Part shown: in pieces, positions 12,766-25,774 of the stretch
How the letters are laid out: every line of letters begins with the position of its first letter
How positions within the stretch are numbered: the first letter of the stretch is position 1
Notes under the pieces: generated by a model
Database searches by the model: none
What the model was told of the DNA's origin: nothing
What the model saw: only the letters and a program-made list of their open reading frames with translations
Program-made: the position numbers and the translations under genes
Assembly: GCF_046119375.1 (NCBI RefSeq)
Contig: NW_027362772.1
Coordinates: forward strand, 72,788,001 to 72,852,000
DNA: 64,000 bases
Source: Phyllobates terribilis
Taxonomy: Eukaryota
Reading direction: 5' to 3'

Positions 12766-15700
12766 TGACCCCACCTCCTCAATTACCATTGCTCTCCCTC
12801 AAAAAAAAAAAACAACTTACCTCTCAGCGCCCTCCCCTGCAGCATCGTCCTCTGCGTCCTGCCCGGCATCTTTCTCCCTGACACAGGCTCGCGCTGCATG
12901 ACGACGTCATCAAGCAGCGCGTGCCTGTGTCAGGAAAGAAGCGCTGGGCAGGAAGCAGAGGACAGATCCCTCCAGCTCCGCTGCCATATTCCTCCTGTCG
13001 GCAGCGGAGCTGGAGGGATCGCTCCCAGCCCGCCGCACAGGATGAGGGCAATCTGGCCATGGGCCCCCCGGAGCCTGGGCTCCGAGAAGCAGGCCGGATT
13101 GCCTTCATCAGCCTCACTGCAAGGGCCCTCCTGACCCTCTGGGCCCTTGCAGTGCGGAGCACCGGCGGCCATGTTAACCAGGGGCCCCCGTGCGTCCTGC
13201 TCGGGACCCTGCTGAGGACCCGGGCCTACTGGAGAATTCTCCGGTGTCCCGGTGCCCCAGTCCGACCCTGTTTACAATGAATTAGTGGCCATCATATGCG
13301 TCATTTTCTGTATAAATTTTTCCTATTTTATTCAACTACATGTTTTTCAAATGAAACAATTATGAAAACATTTGCAGAAACAGTATATGATCCAAAGGTT
13401 CTGTTTAAATAGTTAAGGTCCAACTTATTAGAATATGATGATGGCTCTGAAAAAAAGCAAAAACTGAAGTGAGAGCATTCGACATATGTAGGGTGTGTAT
13501 TATATCTAAAAGTTACAGATCATCCGGTGGTTCTACTGGACAGGACTTACCATAAGGTTCTATGGAAAACTAAGTCCTGTTCAGCAGAATCCCGTAACAG
13601 GTGTCTGGATGTTGCATCTGTCATACAGACAGTAAAACGTGGTCGTATTATGGTCGTGTGTCTGCCTAATCAATATATTTGCCTACACGTGTGTGTCTGG
13701 CTAATATTTTTCAATGTATTTAAAGGGGTGGTCTGCTGAAAAAAATAAGATCATGGATTGCACATCTAACGATTTTCTATAGTGTTGCATTGCAGACAAC
13801 CAAAGTACCAACTGTTTCCAAAGGTGTTGAATTTTTGCAACTTTCACGTGACTTGCCTGTGATGTATCAGTTTTTCTACAGCAGAATCGTAGCTCAAAAA
13901 TATTTGCACGACAGCAAGTTGCAGACAATTTTTACACAGATGTTTTTGGTCAGCGACTTGTCTGAGAATTACTGTCGCTTGACACACATTACCGTATAGC
14001 CACAACCTTGTAGCTTCAATTCAGAACCTTCAGCTACAATTAAAAACATACAAGCAAAATAATAATATGGGTATGTTCACACTAGGTGTTTTTTCACCAT
14101 TTTTTTCCTGCAACAAAACCTGATATCTTCGCAGGAAAGAAGCAGCGTCAAAAATACAGGTTTTGGTGCGTTTTTTCGCTGCAGTTTTTGCTACGTTTTA
14201 GGTACATTTATCAGGATACCAAAGTTCAGTTTTACTTCCACTATAGAAGTAGGAACACAGGTCACTAATGCGAGACATATGTTCATGTAAAAATACACAT
14301 TACAAATGTAACTAGGGGGTTGTGAATTGGTCGGGAATAGTTTACCTAAGACATAGGTAGTGCATTGAGTTTGTAGTACACTGTTTACTTTTTCTCACTT
14401 TGGTCTGGCATTGAGTTGCTCAGGCATTGTTCAATTTCACACCTTGGTCGGCCACAGCTATTGTTCAATCTCACACCTTGGTCCACCAATGTTTACTGTG
14501 CACCCATCACTAAGTTAATTAAACTGTCCTAATCCAAACTGCCATCTCATGCGACCAAGACAAGATGGTAAACTTGGGAAAATCACAAAAAGAAATGCAT
14601 TTCACATACTGCTGTACTTGAATTGTTTCATTAAAAACGAAGCAAGACGTTCACACTAGGCGTTTTGCTAAAAATGAAGCAAACCGTTCACACTAGGCAT
14701 TTTTTCAGCGTTTTTTGCACCACCCATTGCTTTCTATGGATGAAAAATGCAGAAAAATACCTGAAAGAAGTGACATGCTCTATTGTGCAAAAAAAACCAT
14801 GCAAAGCACAAAATACTGAGGACAAAAAAACAAGCTGTGTGCATGAGATTTCTGAAATCTCATAGGCTTTGCTGGTACTGTAAAATGCTGCTGAAAATTT
14901 GCATAAAAAAAGTCTAGTTTGAACATAGCCTAACTGCGGCTACATTATTAAAAATTAATCAAAATATAAACATCCTCCAATCTGAATCTTCCAAGTTTTT
15001 ATAAAAAAAATAGGAGGAAGAAAAAGTAGGAAAACGTTATCAAGAGTCATATTTGGCGAGGAGGAAAGAAAGAGGTACGGGGACTAGGAAACCACCTATA
15101 GTTACAGAACACAAGGAAAGAATGTTGAACAGATCTAACAAGTCAATGACCGTAGTAGAGGTAATTATATCAATCATATCGGGAGAAATCACAGCATATC
15201 CAGATACTCCCTTCTAAAAATAAAGAAATGAAAACAAAAAAATAAACATATTTGGAATCTATCAAATGATAAAATTATTAAAAATGTTGGTTAAACAGTG
15301 AAAAGGAAAAAAAAAGAGTGCAAAAATTGCCAGTTTTTATTCGCCTCACTTCCCCCCCAAAAATATAATAAAAACAATTCAAATCTCATATGTACCCGGA
15401 AATGGTCTAAAAAACCCGTCATCTCAGGGCACAGAAAACAAGTCCTTACACCCCTTTCATCAAGAGAAAAAGTAAAAAAAAATTCCGGGTCTCAGAAAAT
15501 GGTGACGCAAACTAAGTTGTTGTTTTTTTCTTTAAATTTCAGATTTTTTCCACCACTAACAAAATTGAAAAATTGGACATGTTTGGTATCGCCATAATCG
15601 TGCTGACCTGGAGAATCATGTTACCAGGTCACTTTCAAAACCCGAAAAACGATGTTGGAATTTTTACCCCACATGATTTTTTTTCCATTTTCTAGTACAT

Positions 15701-17301
15701 TATATAGTAATGGTTTCATTCAAAACTGCAAAAAAAAAAACTCATACAGCTATGTTGACAGAAAAATAAATAAAAAAGGACGGAAGGAAAAAAAAAATAA
15801 ACGCAAACTCAAAAACAAAATAAATTCCCTGGTAATTAACCCCTTTCCGACCCAAGGCGTACTAATACGTATCTGTGCCCTGGGACTTATGGACCTGATA
15901 CGTATTAGTACGCCCTGGCGATTTCGCCCGCACACAGGCTGTGCGGGCGCGATCGCCACCGGGTGTCAGCTGATTGTCACAGCTGACACCCGGTACTATG
16001 TGCAGGGAGCGGTCACGCACCGCTCCCAGCACATTAACCCCCGCGATGCTGCGATCGAAGTCGATCGCAGCATTGCGGTGGCAAGGGGAGGTGATCGCCG
16101 ATACTCACCTCCTCTTCCGGCCTCCAGCGATGTCTGCTGGGGCTTACAGGATGTTGCCATGATGACCCGATGTTGTCATGACAACATCCGGGTCACCAGA
16201 CAGCAGGAAGATTTTTTGGACATGCACAGTGCATCTCCAAACAATCTTCTCCCTGTCCAGCGCTGACAGCCTGCATGGCACAGGGATGGTGCTGCATTCC
16301 TGTGCCATGCAGGCAATCAGAGAAAAAAAAGTGAAAGTCCCAGAGTGGGACGAAGTAAAAAAGTATAAAAACTATCAGAAAGTGGAAAAAAAAAAAAAAA
16401 AAAAATTGTAAAAATATTTTAAAAAAAATAAAAAAAATAATCCACCAAAAATAAAAATATAATGTACCCATCAATAAATATTATTATAAAAAAAACAATA
16501 AAAGTACACATATTTGGTATCGCCGCGTCCGGAACAACCTGACCTATAAAACTGTCCCACTAGTTAACCCCTTCAGTCAACACGGTAAAAAATAAAAATA
16601 AAAAACGACGCAAAAAACAATGCTTTATCATCATAACGCCAAACAAAAAATGGAATAACACGCGATCAAAAAGACAAATATAAATAAAAATGATACCGCT
16701 GAAAACGTCATCTCGTCCCGCAAAAAACAAGCCACCATACAGCTCCATCAGCCGAAAAATAAAAAAGTTATAGCTCTCAGAATAAAGCTATGCTAAAAAA
16801 TAATTTTTTCTATAAAATTGCTTTTATTATGTAAAAGTGCAAAACATAGAAATACGATATAAATGTGGTACCGCTGTAAATGTATTGACCCGAAGAATAA
16901 AGCTGCCTTATCAATTTTACCACACGCGGAACAGAATAAAAAAAAACAAAAAAAACAATTCCTGAATTGTTGTTTTTTGTTTATTCTGCCTCCCAAAAAT
17001 CGGAATAAAAAGCGATCAAAAAATGTCACGTGCCTGAAAATGGCACCAATAACAACGTCAACTCATCCCGCAAAAAACAAGCCGTCACATGACTGTCTGC
17101 CAAAATCTGGAAAAATTATAGCTCTCAAAATATAGCGATGCAAAAACTAGATTTTGCAAAAAATGCGTCTTTTAGTGTGTGACAGCTGTCAGTCATAAAA
17201 ACCCCATATGATTCTGGTATCGCTGTAATCGCACCGACCCGAAGAATAAAGTAATCTCATCACTTATTCCGCACGAGGAACGGCGTAAAAAATAAACTCT
17301 C

Positions 17302-17380
17302 AGGTTAGGGTTGTGCTACGGTTAGGGTTGTGTTAGGGTTAGGGCTGGGGTTGGGGTTAGGGTTGTGATGGGGTTGGGAT
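17302..17380 (+). repeat. Degenerate (TTAGGG)-like tract
   Basis: ggttagggttg...gttagggttagggctggggttggggttagggttg; internal to the piggyBac-like element. Confidence 0.7.
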
Positions 17381-17420
17381 TTTTTTCAAAAGTAAGAAAA
17401 AAAGATGACGATATGGCGAC

Positions 17421-17720
17421 TAGTGTTGAGCGCAAGTGCTCGCTACTTGAGTTTGCATCGGGTGTTCTGGTATGCATTGAGTATCGTGGCTATTTGAGTG
17501 ACATGCTCGAGTCTCCGCCCCATATGCTTCACGGCCCAAAAAACTTTGCGGGGATTGCCTGCCTAGCACGAGCGATCCCCGCATGTTTTTTTTGGGGTGT
17601 CTAATAACCGTGAAACATCCGGGCGGGGACTCGAGCATGTCACTCGAGCACACGTAGTACATGGTGCATACCTGAGTACCCGATGCAAACTCAAGTAGCG
17701 AGCACTTGCGCTCAAGACTA
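17421..17720. mobile_element. hAT-like MITE with about 43-bp TIRs
   Basis: TAGTGTTGAGCGCAAGTGCTCGCTACTTGAGTTTGCATCGGGT and its reverse complement at the right end; imperfect 8-bp TSD atggcgac/atgacaac. Confidence 0.8.
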
Positions 17721-17849
17721 ATGACAACTTATTCAATATGATGACCTAATGTTATCAAATTCTGTGTCGTACCTCTGGGTTCAAAATGTTCACTATACAC
17801 CTTAATAAAATCCTTGAGGGGTATAGTTTCCAAAATTGGGTAACTCGTG

Positions 17850-19425
17850 GGGGAGCTCCACTGTTTAGGCACATCAGGGGCTCTCCAAACGCGACATGGT
17901 GTCCGCTAACAAATTGAATGGAAAATCGGCTCAAATTGTTAGCGGACGCCATGTTGCGTTTGGAGAGCCCCTGCGTGCCTAAACTTTGGAGCTCCCCCAC
18001 AAGTGACCCCATTTTGGAAACTAGACCACCCAAGGCACCTATCTAGATGCATAATGAGCACTTGGAACCCCCAGGTGCTTCACAAATTGATTCGTAAAAA
18101 TGAAAAAGTGGAAAAAAAAATACTTTCTCATTTTTACGAATTAATTTGTGAAGCACCTGGGGGTTCCAAGTGCTCATTATGCATCTAGATAGGTGCCTTG
18201 GGGGGTCTAGTTTCCAAAATGCGGTCACTTGTGGGGGAGCCCCAATGCTTGGGCACACAGGGACTCTCCAAACGCAACATGGTGTCCGCTAACAAATTGT
18301 CGGCTCAAATTGTTAGCGGACACCATGTTGCGTTTGGAGAGTCCCTGTGTGCCCAAACATTGGAGCTCCCCCACAAGTGAACCCATTTTGGAAACTAGAC
18401 CCCCCAAGGCACCTATCTAGATGCATAGTGAGCACTTGGAACCCCCAGGTGCTTCACAAATTGATTCATAAAAATGAAAAAGTGTTTTTTTTTTCACTTT
18501 TTCATTTTTACGAATCAATTTGTGAAGCACCTGGGGGTTCCAAGTGCTCACTATGCATCTAGATAGGTGCCTTGGGGGTCTAGTTTCCAAAATGGGGTCA
18601 CTTGTGGGGGAGCTCCAATGTTTGGGCACACAGGGACTCTCCAAATGCAACATGGCATCCGCTAACAAATTGTCGGCTCAAATTGTTAGCGGACACCATG
18701 TTGCGTTTGGAGAGCCCCTGTGTGCCCAAACATTGGAGCTCCCCCACAAGTGACCCCATTTTGGAAACTAGACCCCCCAAGGCACCTATCTAGATGCATA
18801 GTGAGCACTTGGAACCCCCAGGTGCTTCACAAATTGATTCATAAAAATGAAAAAGTGCTTTTTTTTTTTCACTTTTTCATTTTTACGAATCAGTTTGTGA
18901 AGCACCTGGGGGTTCCAAGTGCTCACTATGCATCTATTTAGGTGCCTTGGGGGGTCTAGTTTCCAAAATGGGGTCACTTTTGGGGGAGCTCCAATGTTTG
19001 GGCACACAGGGGCTCTCCAAAAGCAACATGGTGTCCACTAACAATTTGAGCCGATTTTCCACTCAATTTGTTAGCGGACACCATGTTGCATTTGGAGAGT
19101 CCCTGTGTGCCCAAACATTGGAGCTCCCCCACAAGTGACCCCATTTTGGAAACTAGACCCCCCCAAGGCACCTATCTAGATGCATAGTGAGCACTTGGAA
19201 CCCCTAGGTGCTTCACAAATTGATTCGTAAAAATGAAAAACTGAAAAAAAAAAACACTTTTTCATTTTTACGAATCAATTTGTGAAGCACCTGGGGGTTC
19301 CAAGTACTCACTATGCATCTAGATAGGTGCCTTGGGTGGTCTAGTTTCCAAAATGGGATCACTTGTGGGGGAGCTTCAATGTTTGGGCACACAGTGGCTC
19401 TCCAAACTCAACATGGCGTCCGCTA
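17850..19425. repeat. Array of alternating inverted repeats (Y-Y'-X-X')n with a 373-bp higher-order period
   Basis: X arm (AAGTGACCCCATTTTGGAAACTAG...AAAATGAAAAAGTG) and Y arm (GGGGAGCTCC...CCGCTAACAAATTG) are each followed by their own reverse complement four times. Mirrored ORFs on both strands recur with offset 373. Confidence 0.9.
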
Positions 19426-20828
19426 GTTATTCAAGCAAATTTTACAATCAAAAAGTCAAATGGCGCTCCTTCCCTTCCGAGCCCTGCCGTGCGCCCAAAC
19501 AGTGTTTTTTCCCCACATATGGGGTATCTGCGTGCCCAGGGGAAATTGCACAACAAATTTTGGGATCCATTTTTTCCTGTTACCCCTGCGAAAATAAAAA
19601 AAATTGGGTCTAAAGTAACATTTTTGTGAAAAAAAGTTACAGTAAATGTTCATTTTTTTCTTACACATTCCAAAAATTCCCGTGAAGCACCTGAAGGGTT
19701 AATAAAGTTCTTGAATGTGGTTTTGAGCACCTTGAGGGGTGCAGTTTTTAGAATGGTGTCACTTTTGGGTATTTTCTGTCATAAAGACCCCTCAAAGTGA
19801 CTTCAAATGTGATGTGGTCCCTAAAAAAATGGTTTTGTAAATTTTGTTGGAAAAATGAGAAATCGCTGGTCAACTTTTAACCCTTATAGCTCCCTAACAA
19901 AAAAAATTTTGGCTCCAAAATTGTGCTGATGTAAAGTAGACATGTGGGAAATGTTATTTATTAACTATTTTGTGTGACATATCTCTCTAATTTAAGAGCA
20001 TAAAAATTAAAATTTTGAAAATTGCTAAATTTTCTAAATTTTTGTCAAATTTCCGTTTTTTTCACAAATAAACGCAAGTGATATCGAAGAAATTTTACCA
20101 CTATCATGAAGTACAATATGTCACGAAAAAACATTCTCAGAATCAGGGGGATCCGTTGAAGCTCCAGAGTAATTACCTCATAAAGTGACAGTGGTCAGAA
20201 TTGTAAAAATTGGCCTGGTCATTAACGTGCAAACCATCCTCGGGGGTAAAGGGGTTAAAGGATTAATAAGACACATAATTGTTGGCAGCCATTTTATTAA
20301 CTAAAAAACGACACAAAATGCGCTCCTCGAGATGAAAAATCTGGCCAAAATCTACCTATGTATTAACCCCATGTGTACCCTAAAACCTGCTTATACCTAT
20401 CATGATTTTTTCCAAACCCAGTCCCCTCCATAAACGTCGGGTCAAGCCGGCCTTCTCTTTGGCTTAAAGCCAAGGCCTAGCCCTCCTTTTCTAAGTAAAT
20501 TGGGGTCAATGTCTATGAACACCCCCTCAGCCATTAGTTGTGAGGGGCGATAAAGAGTTTAACTTGTTATATATAAGAAAAACTAATGTTATTGCCCAGG
20601 GCAACCAATCAGAGCGCAGCTTTCATTTCTCAAAGTGCTTTTAAAAAATGAAACCTGCCCTTTGATTAGTTGCCATGAGCAGCATGGCTACTAACACAGT
20701 CTTTTTACTAAACTATTTCTATATGTGTGGCCCAATGTACGTGCACATAATACGTATAGTATCGGTGTGTTAGTGAGGAACCTCGCTATAGTGGCAGCAT
20801 AACAACTGAGCAAGTGCTGGCTTCAAAC

Positions 20829-21111
20829 AAAATGGCCGCTGCCTTCAGCAGATCAAGCTCAGTTATACCCTACTAATCTAATTAGTCACGTCATGTTCTC
20901 CATTTTGGGAAACATAATGGGAGTCCCAGTAAATGATTGTAGTTTGTGGGTAAACCTGGTGTTTAATGCGCCATTAAAGGAAAAATTGAGTATTACACAC
21001 TATTGAGACAAAATGGCCGTACATGTCCCGAACTGAAAGGCTGAGAGACATGTATTTTGTTGCTACTTTCTAATTTGGCAAACTGGTGATGGCCCTAAAT
21101 TGGGAATTCCC
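20829..21111. promoter_or_regulatory. Candidate promoter/enhancer motif cluster upstream of paralog B
   Basis: AAAATGGCCG (YY1-like) at 20829 and 21010, GTCACGTCAT (CRE/ATF-like) at 20885, perfect palindromic kB site GGGAATTCCC at 21102. Motif matches only. Confidence 0.35.
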
Positions 21112-22067
21112 TTTTAATAACCCTAAAATGGGAATAAAATAGCACATCCAATGGGATTTATTGCACACGCTCGACCATACAAAGCAGCTGCCACTAGTAA
21201 GGCAAGAGGGATGCCTGAATGATAAAAGTATTTTTTAATAGGTATATAATGTATAATGTATACAATATACATCATACTGAATAAAAATGCAAAAGTGACA
21301 CAATCCCTTTAAGTAAGGATATACAGGTGGGTGGTGGTCTGGGTGTTTTGGATAATACGAGAGCCAAAATACCGCCATAATATCTGCATTACTCCCATAC
21401 TCTTACAGATAGCACTTGTGTAATATTTCAGTAAGGAAAGATGCGGGCGGACGTAGCCTGTACATGTGAAGGTGCAGCGGCCATGCCCAAGTTGCCCCAA
21501 GCACCTACTGTAATTTTCATACAGGAAAAAAAATATAATTTATTAAAAATGAGCCAACTGATTTAAGCAGAAAAAGTAAGATTTTTCTCAGGGTACAGTC
21601 TACTGTAAGGTGCTGTGCTTGGTTTAAAGGAGACCTGTCATCGGGTGAAAATTGGGCAATTTTTGCTCTTATTTTATTCACTCTGCTCTCCTTAATATTC
21701 CATTTTTTTCCTTTTTTTTAAAACTGCCGTCCGGTTCTAGGGATATGGACCTATTTATTTAGTTATTAGTTTTTATGGTCTTTACAAGTGGGTGGGTCAT
21801 AATGCAGACACGCCCCTGAGGATAATGTGTAAAGATCCCAAAGTAAAAAAAGGTCCATATCTGTAAAACCGTATGGCAGATTTTATAAAAACAAGAACCA
21901 GCATACTCAGAGGAGCAGGGGGTGGGAGAGGGGTGTATAATAAGAGCCAAAACTGCACACTTTTGACCTGTTAACACAAAGTAGAAGATGACAAATACCG
22001 TTTAGCCCCTTCCCAATGTCGGATGTAGAAGTATGCCCTGTGACAGGTGAGGATCTATGAAGCAGGC

Positions 22068-23398
22068 TGTCACGGGTGTGTAAGATGTTACAGACAGTCG
22101 CTCTGCAGCTGGCTGCAGAAGGTCACTTTGTTTGGCATTGCAGACGCCTTCTTAAATCCTTCTTACCTTAGGACCCAGCGGCTACCTCCCTCCTGCTTTG
22201 ATTGACACCCTGGCCTGGACAGTGCCGTAACTATAAACTTCGGGGCCCCGGTGCAAAACTTCATAGTGGGGCCCCTCAACATTTCAATCACTAGAGGTTG
22301 TGCCGCACAAGAGACAGTGCGGCTGCCCAGGATATGTGCACTGTGTCCAGACATCAAACCCCCTACAACCCCCGACCACAGGTACAGCAGTCACTATTGC
22401 TCCGTCCCGGTTGTGAGGAGAGTGGGGGTTGTACACAGCTCTGATTATTGAAAACAAGAGGCAGATGACTGAGAAGATAGATACTGCATGACCCGAAGTC
22501 CGGAGGAATGTGTGATTATGGAGACTTCCCCCTCCTCCCCTCCTCCTCGCAGCAGTATAGACCTATAGCAGGGCTTCTCACAGTTTGTCACAGAGATATT
22601 TGTGTCTGCTGAGACTGTCTCCTCTCAATGATGCTGAGAGTTTGTTACTGTCAGCGTGCACTGTGCCTGCCTTGCCAACTCTCTGTGATCTCCAGACTAA
22701 CATATTGTTACAAATCTTGTGCTATGAGACTCTCCAGGCCAGTGCAGGTTTCCATTCATTGACAGCTGGCAGAGTTCCTGGAAATTATTGAAATGATAGT
22801 CTCTCCTGTCCTCCGGGGGACATTGTCTGACAGGAATATAGGAGCTGGGTATTTTATGAGAAATTAAAGTATTAAAATACAATTTTTTACCATCAGTTTG
22901 GGGCCCCTTGGGTGGTTGGGGCCCCGGAGCAGTGCCCCGGCTGCCCCGGTTGTAGTTACGGCCCTGGGCCTGGGTGTTTAAATACTTTCAGTTTGCTGCA
23001 GGGAGTCGCCGGTGATATTCACATATTCCCTTGTGAAGGCTTGGAGGTATAGCTGTCTGTTTACTTCCTCTCTGGTGCTTTGGAGGACGTTTGGTGTAAT
23101 CTCTCTGGAGTCTGCTCAAGCTAAGTTTCTCCCCCTTTTGTTGTCTCCCTTGCTGTCTTTAGTTTATAGTGGGGACTGACAAGTTCTCATCCCCCCATTC
23201 CCTATTCAGGGCCTAGCTCTAGGGATATACAAGGCTTAGGTTTCCTGTTCGGCGATTGGTGTGGAACCAATATAGGGACGGTAGGGGAGGCAGGGTGATA
23301 TTAGATCAGCCTAGGGATCTCCATTCCCCCTCTCCCTAGTGTCTGGGCTCCCTTCCCCTCATCTCTTCGTGTTGCACTTTCCTACACTGTGCGTGACA
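22068..23398 (+). mobile_element. Solo LTR (Gypsy-type), interrupted by a hAT element
   Basis: Termini TGTCACG...CGTGACA with exact 5-bp TSD CAGGC (22063-67, 23399-403). Orientation is inferred from similarity in layout to the 32943 LTR. Confidence 0.8.
22220..22966. mobile_element. hAT-like non-autonomous element inside the solo LTR
   Basis: TIRs CAGTGCCGTAACTA / TAGTTACGGCCCTG; TSD ggcctgga/ggcctggg (7/8). Confidence 0.8.
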
Positions 23399-24855
23399 CA
23401 GGCTCAGGACCTCAACCCGCACCATACCCAAAAGGTGGCATGGCTGCCTGAAGACCACCATCACTGCTGCCTTGGTGCTTCTATGAAGCCTAGCTTGTCG
23501 TTGGGTTTAATAGATAGTTTTTCAGTCTATAGAAAAAATGATCACAAGTTCAAGTTCCTTAGGTGGGGGCTAAAAAATAAGCCAAAATAAAAGAACAAAT
23601 ATATAGAAAAAATAAACAACGTTTAAACCATGCAACTTTTCCCAGTACAAAAATGAATTTAAAAAAAGATGTTTAATGTTTGGTATTGTCGTTTCCAATA
23701 TATCAAAATATAAAATTATTTACGCATAAAAAAAACTATTGCTGAATTTTGCATAGATTTTTATGCTGTTTTGTATAGAAAAACAATTATCACAAGTTTG
23801 AATTCATTAGGGGGGACTAAAAAATAATCCAAAATAAAATAACAAATATATCGGAAAAAAATAAGCAATGTTTTAACCATGCAACTTTTCCCAGTTCAAA
23901 AATGTATATAAAAAAACATATTTGGTATTGTTGTGTTCCAATCTATCAAAATAGAAAATTATTTATGCATTAAAAAAAACTAAATTTAGACCCCATTTAT
24001 CCATCACCGCACTTCCCCAAGAATTGAATATGTACCCCAAAATGTTACCAATAAAAATGTAAACTCAACACACAAAAAAAAACAGGTCAATTAACCTAAA
24101 AATAAAAAGTTTTGGGTATCAGAAAATTTTGATACAGCCAATTTTTTTCTATTTTACAAAGTTTAGAATTTTTTTAACCACTAAAAATAGAATAATAACC
24201 TTACTGGTTTGATATTCAGAATCATACTGACTTTAAGAATCAAGTTATCAGGTTATTTTTTCCGCACAATGAATGCTGTAAAAACAAAAACCAAGAAACA
24301 ATGGTTGATATTTTGGTTTTTTTTCACCATGTTACCCCACTTAAATTTTTTTTATCTTTTTCAATACATTATATGGTACAGTGAATGGTTTATTTTAAAA
24401 CTGCAACTCAGCCCTCAAAAAAACCCCTCTCTTATTGGTATGTTGACATAAAAAAAAAAAAAAAAAGTTACGGCTCTTGGAAAAAGGGGAGTAAAAAAAA
24501 TGCAAAAGAGCAAAATTGAAAGATATGGGGTTATGACTATTGGAATAAAGTAATTTTCATGTTACTGTTACATTTTCTGATTATATTTGTTGCTACTTCC
24601 TTAATATATATATGTATATTAATTATTATTAATTTTAAAATATAATAATAATTAAAGGGATATGAAATAAAAGAAAAAAAAAATTTTTTTTATTTATTTA
24701 TTTTTTTATTATTATTTTTTTAATTTGTACTTCTTTATTCCCCTTTATTGTTTGAACTTTAATTATATTTCTATTCCATTTTGCTCTTATCCCTTTAATT
24801 GTTTTTCCTACTTTCCCATATTCCCTGTTAAGGTTTATTTTCTTATCTTCTGAAC

Positions 24856-25023
24856 ATGAGTTCCCGGAAGCCCAGAATTATCCCTTGGCTCATCAGTCAG
24901 ATCGACAGCAACACCTACCCAGGGTTGAAATGGTTAAACAGGGAGCGCACACAATTCCAGGTGCCTTGGAAGCATAAGCAGAGGCAGGACTTGGATTTGG
25001 ATGATGATTTTAAAATTTTTAAG
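24856..25023 (+). CDS. irf3: IRF3-like paralog B, first coding exon (DBD N-half)
   Basis: MSSRKPRIIPWLISQIDSNTYPGLKWLNRERTQFQVPWKHKQRQDLDLDDDFKIFK|gtaaaa; matches human MGTPKPRILPWLVSQLD...FRIPWKHGLRQD, with the same phase-0 intron position. Not in the ORF track. Confidence 0.93.
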
Positions 25024-25774
25024 GTAAAATAATTTTCTAATTATTGATAGTGTATAGATTATATTTTTTTTACAGATATGTGTTCTTATAATTTTGTGTC
25101 TATATAATTATTGACAATACATTTTTGTTTTTTGGGGGGGATTTCAAGGCAAAAAGAGCTTCAAACAATACAAAGCATTTATACAGCAAACTAAGTTATA
25201 GCCAACTCTTATTTTCTTTGTTAAAAAATGAACTCTTTGTTTGAATAATATTAAAAATGTACATTTGTTTCTCATCTTTGTATTCCTTAGTCTAAGCCAG
25301 GGTACAAGAAAAAATCTGCAAAAGTCATTAATTAGAGCACACCATTTAGTCAATGGGTCAGAAACGGGTTTCCTAACCGTATGCTCTTATTGCTGAATTT
25401 TGCATATATTTTTTATGCTGTTTTATACTGTTGGGAGGGCTTGCTATTTTTTAAGGTGGGCAATAATGTTTGATATCACCACAGTACTTATTTATTATTC
25501 TTATTTCTATAGCGCCAACATATTCAGAAGCGCTTTATAGAAATTATCATCACTGTCCCCATTGGGGCTCACAATCTACATTCCCTATCAGAATGCCTTG
25601 GGAGTGTGGGAGGAAACCGGAGAACCCGGAGGAAACCCACATAAACACGGGGAGAACATACTGACCAAATAATAGTCCCATACTGTGCCTATTTTATACT
25701 TTGCCAAATAACAGTACCATGTAGTGTATAGGCCTAAATAATACCACTATATAGTGACAAATAACAAGAACATA

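Larger units (their letters stand above)
10297..13270. mobile_element. Non-autonomous hAT-like element (about 3 kb) carrying two minisatellites
   Basis: TIRs CAGTGTCGGACTGG / CCAGTCCGACCCTG; 8-bp TSD tttacagt/tttacaat (7/8); no transposase ORF. Confidence 0.75.
15836..20258. mobile_element. piggyBac-like non-autonomous composite element (about 4.4 kb)
   Basis: TTAA at both ends (15836-39, 20255-58) with termini CCCCTTT...AAAGGGG; no transposase. The TIR match is short (7 bp), so the boundaries may be chimeric. Confidence 0.5.

Noticed and set aside
11339-12901. 364-500 aa Pro/His-rich extensin-like ORFs
   Set aside because: The C-rich minisatellite lacks stops in several frames and sits within a non-autonomous hAT element.
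17302-17380. Possible interstitial telomere or chromosome fusion scar
   Set aside because: Short, degenerate, one orientation only, and internal to a transposon-derived segment.
18003-19171. Family of near-identical short ORFs on both strands
   Set aside because: An artefact of the inverted-repeat array; reported as a structure instead.
23510-23990. Degenerate roughly 245-bp tandem duplication upstream of paralog B
   Set aside because: AT-rich, repeat-derived and old; no feature suggests function.
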